A stretch of 63,969 bases of DNA, the filler included, from Hausera hauseri (Eukaryota): assembly GCA_046269625.1 (NCBI GenBank). It is 11 parts of 11 records of this genome, joined end to end, with 100 filler letters (N's around TTAATTAATTAA, not from the genome) between each part and the next. Parts side by side here need not be neighbours in the genome. Positions count along the whole stretch, not along the records: positions 59,881 to 63,969 come from JBJURY010769207.1; 10 more parts are not named here. One strand, 5' to 3'. Shown here piece after piece: positions 60,495 to 63,969 of the stretch. A program made the position numbers and the translations under genes. The notes beneath the pieces were generated by a model, which ran no database searches, was not told the DNA's origin, and saw only the letters and a list, made by a program, of their open reading frames with translations. Numbering within the stretch: the first letter of the stretch is position 1; each line of letters starts with the position of its first letter.

Positions 60495-62514
60495 ATGTAG
60501 CACTTTTGGCGTAGGAATATCCATTCTCGATACTGAACCTTGCCTTCACTTTCATCCCTGAAGCAGCCAATTTTGTACAACGGATGATTCAGTGGATATT
60601 TGGACGTGTCCAATAATCTGTTTGACTGCATTTGCTGCAGTAGCCGCAGAAAAAAACTGTCTGTGTCACCGGAAATTATACTAATGTCACAACCGTCAAA
60701 CATTTGTCGGTAACGTGCCAAATCGCGATACTGTAGCTCATACATCCGCAACTTGCTCAGGTCCAATAACACTTGTCCGATGTAACTTGGCCGGTCCAGA
60801 ACGACTTTTTTCTGTATAATACGGAACTGCAATCAATCCATCGGCAATGTGCATTGAATGCCTAAAGTGTGCCTTGCTGGTATACGTAACCAACCGCTTT
60901 TTGCTGTTGCATAGGCGTACATTGAGCTGTTTTTTCAGATTGTCCACTGTTTTTCATTACAGAAAATTGCTTTTCAGTTTGTAGTAGGCCTTTTCAAACT
61001 TTTTACAAGCTTCAGCTCGTTTTTCCGAATTTCGATCTATGTACGCCTTGAATATGGGCCTCTGGGCAAATCGGATTGCACGATGCAGCTGTGTGACGCG
61101 TACACCGAGCTACATGAAGAACTGTAGCAGACGCCAATGGACCACGTAATTCAGCTTCGGTTCATTCATCATGAGCACTTTCTTCACTTTTGAGCCTGGC
61201 GGACATTGGTTTAATGGTGCGACAGGTAAATCATCCAAAACGTCGTACAACTCATCTGGTACCACGAGATCGACCTCCATCAATATCCGACTAAACCTGC
61301 CTTGTCTGCTCGTGGTAGGGTGACCATTATGTCGTCTAGATTTTGTCTGCCGACTATTCATTCAAATGAACCGTACGTCAAGGGTTGCAAAAGTGCCCAG
61401 ATGTACAGGTTATGAATATCAATATACAGCAGTAATGTGGTATAGGTAGCACTGACCTGATGCTTGTTGACAAATGTCATGGAGTCGCAAATACCAACAT
61501 CAAACACCCGGTACATTTCCGAGTCTTACAGCAGCTCAATGTCTCGATCCAGTGACATTAGAGCTGACGCCCTACTCATTCCCAGTATAAAATAAAAATT
61601 GAGCGGCTCCAACTTATTTTCCGCCAACACTTTCGCCCGAAACGCCTGATACACATCGACCAATAAATACACGTCCAGTTTAAGAGAATGGAGCATGTAC
61701 TCTAACATGTTTCTACAGCCGAGCTCTGTCCAAGATTCTTGTGCTGTCCGATATTCAGCTTCTGTGTTGCCTGTCCATCGCAGCGGTAATTCCTCTGCTG
61801 TCTGGAGTCGCTCATATGATGTTGCAAAGTCATATAGAAATATGCCTTTGCTGCGTGCAATATGTGTGTGGAACTGCGTTGAGGTTATTGGAACATCCGG
61901 TAAGGCATTTACCAGCTTTGTAAATGATTCATTGAGAAATTGCAATAAATCAAGGAAGCGTACCTGGAACCGGTTTATGGGTGCCGACAGGGGCAGCTAC
62001 TTCTCCATTGCTGTTGGGATTATAGACAGTTCCCAGTGCGAAAAACCATTGATGGCCCATTTCTGTATATGGTGACAGTCATAACCTCGGAAATTATGAA
62101 AGATCACCAGTAGGAATGTCCGCACACGCCTTGCTAAATTTCATGAATTACATGCTGCTCCTAAGTATAGACCGGTAAAATGGTCATGATCCGGTACGAG
62201 TCGTTCCTGTGCACAGATAACATTTTTCTGTGACTGCATATGTCAGACGTTCATCTTCAACTCCTTCCAAATCAAGTGTTTGTGCTGTTATTGAGATGTC
62301 ACGGTGCGATTTTCGATTCAATTATTGTTTCCAAATGATGCAGGAAATCATTCACACAGTTCTAGCAGTGAAATATGTAATATTGGGGTTTGTCTGCAGC
62401 TTTTATTGAGACAACAATCATTCGACAAAAATTGGAACGTTTTTGATCGTATACATCGTGTCGTGGTAGGATTTCCTCAATATCAGCATATACCACATAT
62501 GCTGCACTGTTCGT
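60495..62514 (-). mobile_element. polB: Polinton pPolB (subfamily A) pseudogene lacking its own N-terminus
   Basis: Closely co-linear with 2520-4500: YVVYADIE, DHDHFTG, FHNFRGYD, KGIFLYD, IGQVLLDLSKLRMY, GDTDS. Confidence 0.92.
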
Positions 62515-62529
62515 ATCAGGGTTTATTAG

Positions 62530-63168
62530 GATGTCCGTCAATTCATTATTATCCATGCACAACACTTTTAGATCTGACAGTTTTCCAAGAGGTTTTGGAA
62601 ATTCCCGAAATTCATTTCCACCTAAATCTAGTAGTTCAAGACATTGAAGTTTAGCGAAGGAATTTGGAAGAGTTTTTAAGCAATTATCTCTCATTTCCAG
62701 CTGCTGCAAAACGAAGAGATTTCCAAAATCATTCTGTAATTCAGTCAACGAAATATCATTTAAATTAAGAACCGTCAAATTCCGTAACGAACTGAATCCC
62801 TCTGGCAGTCTATTAATAGGATTATTGATGATATCCAACGACCGTAATTTATTACAGAATTTCAAATTATAATGTATACTTTCAATATGATTTCGGCTGA
62901 TATCCAATTCAACTAAGTAAACAAAATTTCCGATATTTTCGGGAATATATGAAAGTTCATTATCATTAATTGTTAAAACTTTAACTCTATAAAGTCTAAA
63001 AGAATTTTTTGGCAATTCTTTAATTTGATTGGTATCAAGAAAACATTCTTCGATTGATCTTGCATTTCTCATCACTTTATCTGGCAATGATAACAGATTA
63101 CAGTAACGCTTATCAGTTATTTCCAATTGACTAGCACAAGTGGTAAGAAAAGGAAAACAATTTTTCAT
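62530..63168 (-). pseudogene. scrib: Scribble/LAP-family N-terminal LRR region, intronless, fused in frame to pPolB
   Basis: MKNCFPF..DKRYCNL..PD.VMRNARSIEECFLDTNQIKELPKNSFRL..LVELDISRN..LNDISL..DFGNL..LEMRDN.LK.LP.S..LDLGGN. Confidence 0.85.
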
Positions 63169-63969
63169 AACGTTTGATCAAATCACTTACAAATTAAGAA
63201 ATTTCAAATCTCAACAGTTTACAAAAAATTTTTATTTACTTTTTAAAACAAAAGTTAACAACCAATAGAAAGATTCTACATTAAAAAGGCGCATCATCAT
63301 CATCATCATCATCACCAAGGGAAATCCGTTACTAGAAGTAGAAGGATGTTAAAAAAAACTAATTGCCTTGACATTTGATGCTTTACAGTTTAAGATACAA
63401 TCTGATAGATATGGGTTAGTACAAATTATATATAAAAGAGAATTAGAAGAAATCTTAGCCATCAAAAACCTATAAACATTTTTTACTTTCTGTTTAACGT
63501 TTTGGAGAAATTCGGTTGAAATGAATTCGATTGTGCTTTCTAACGTTTAACATATTCTGTTTCAATTTCGAGTTAAAATTGGCTTTAATTTGTCTGTTAT
63601 CGCATAATTTACAAATGTAATAGGCAATGGTTTTCGAGAGATAGTCGAAATTATGACTGACATACAAATCGAAATCGTCCTCATGTTTCAGAGAACATTT
63701 AAAAAAATATTTTTTATATCAGCCACGATAGATTCCGCTAATAACGTTTTTCTGCGAAACCCGATTTTAAGGTATTTTCATCTTATGTGACATTTTCTTT
63801 TTTAAAGTAGCACGAACAGAATCCGAACTGATATTCGCACAAATATCATCGTTGAGGAAGTTTAAAAAGTCTTGCTCGGAAACTTTTTTCGTAGATTTCT
63901 GTTGGACAAATTTGACAATTTCAACACAGTATTTGAGATCAGTTGCAAATGGAGTGACGGCTTCTCCTG

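Overview
AT-rich eukaryotic repeat-dense DNA, probably from an invertebrate and possibly a flatworm/planarian (inferred from element types only). It is about 11 short contigs joined by artificial N-TTAATTAATTAA-N spacers, so neighbourhoods hold only within a contig. No intact host gene is evident. Contents: (i) five decayed Polinton/Maverick protein-primed PolB copies of two subfamilies, with accessory ORFs and probable AGTAG termini; (ii) pieces of a CsRn1-clade Ty3/gypsy family (CHCC gag, protease, integrase, PPT) whose LTRs start TGTGGTGCC(C)ACA and then consist of 1.5-4 kb patchworks of intronless host mRNA fragments (FoxK, CLIC, ASCC3, ADCK1, RBCK1-like, CSE1L), including a TRIM-like tandem array whose LTRs carry different cargo; (iii) two members of a large LTR family with the order Gag-CCHC / ubiquitin-like / AT-hook / Bcl-2-like / chuvirus-type envelope / aspartic protease; (iv) a NeSL/Utopia-like RLE non-LTR retrotransposon with two Ulp1-like domains, whose 3' end abuts the 3' half of a divergent 5S rRNA gene; (v) a Scribble-LRR/pPolB in-frame chimera; (vi) a 3.7 kb (GAAN)n satellite. 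The best candidates for an undescribed system are the cargo-capturing LTRs and the 5S-targeting RLE element. All protein assignments are motif recognition by eye, not database searches.
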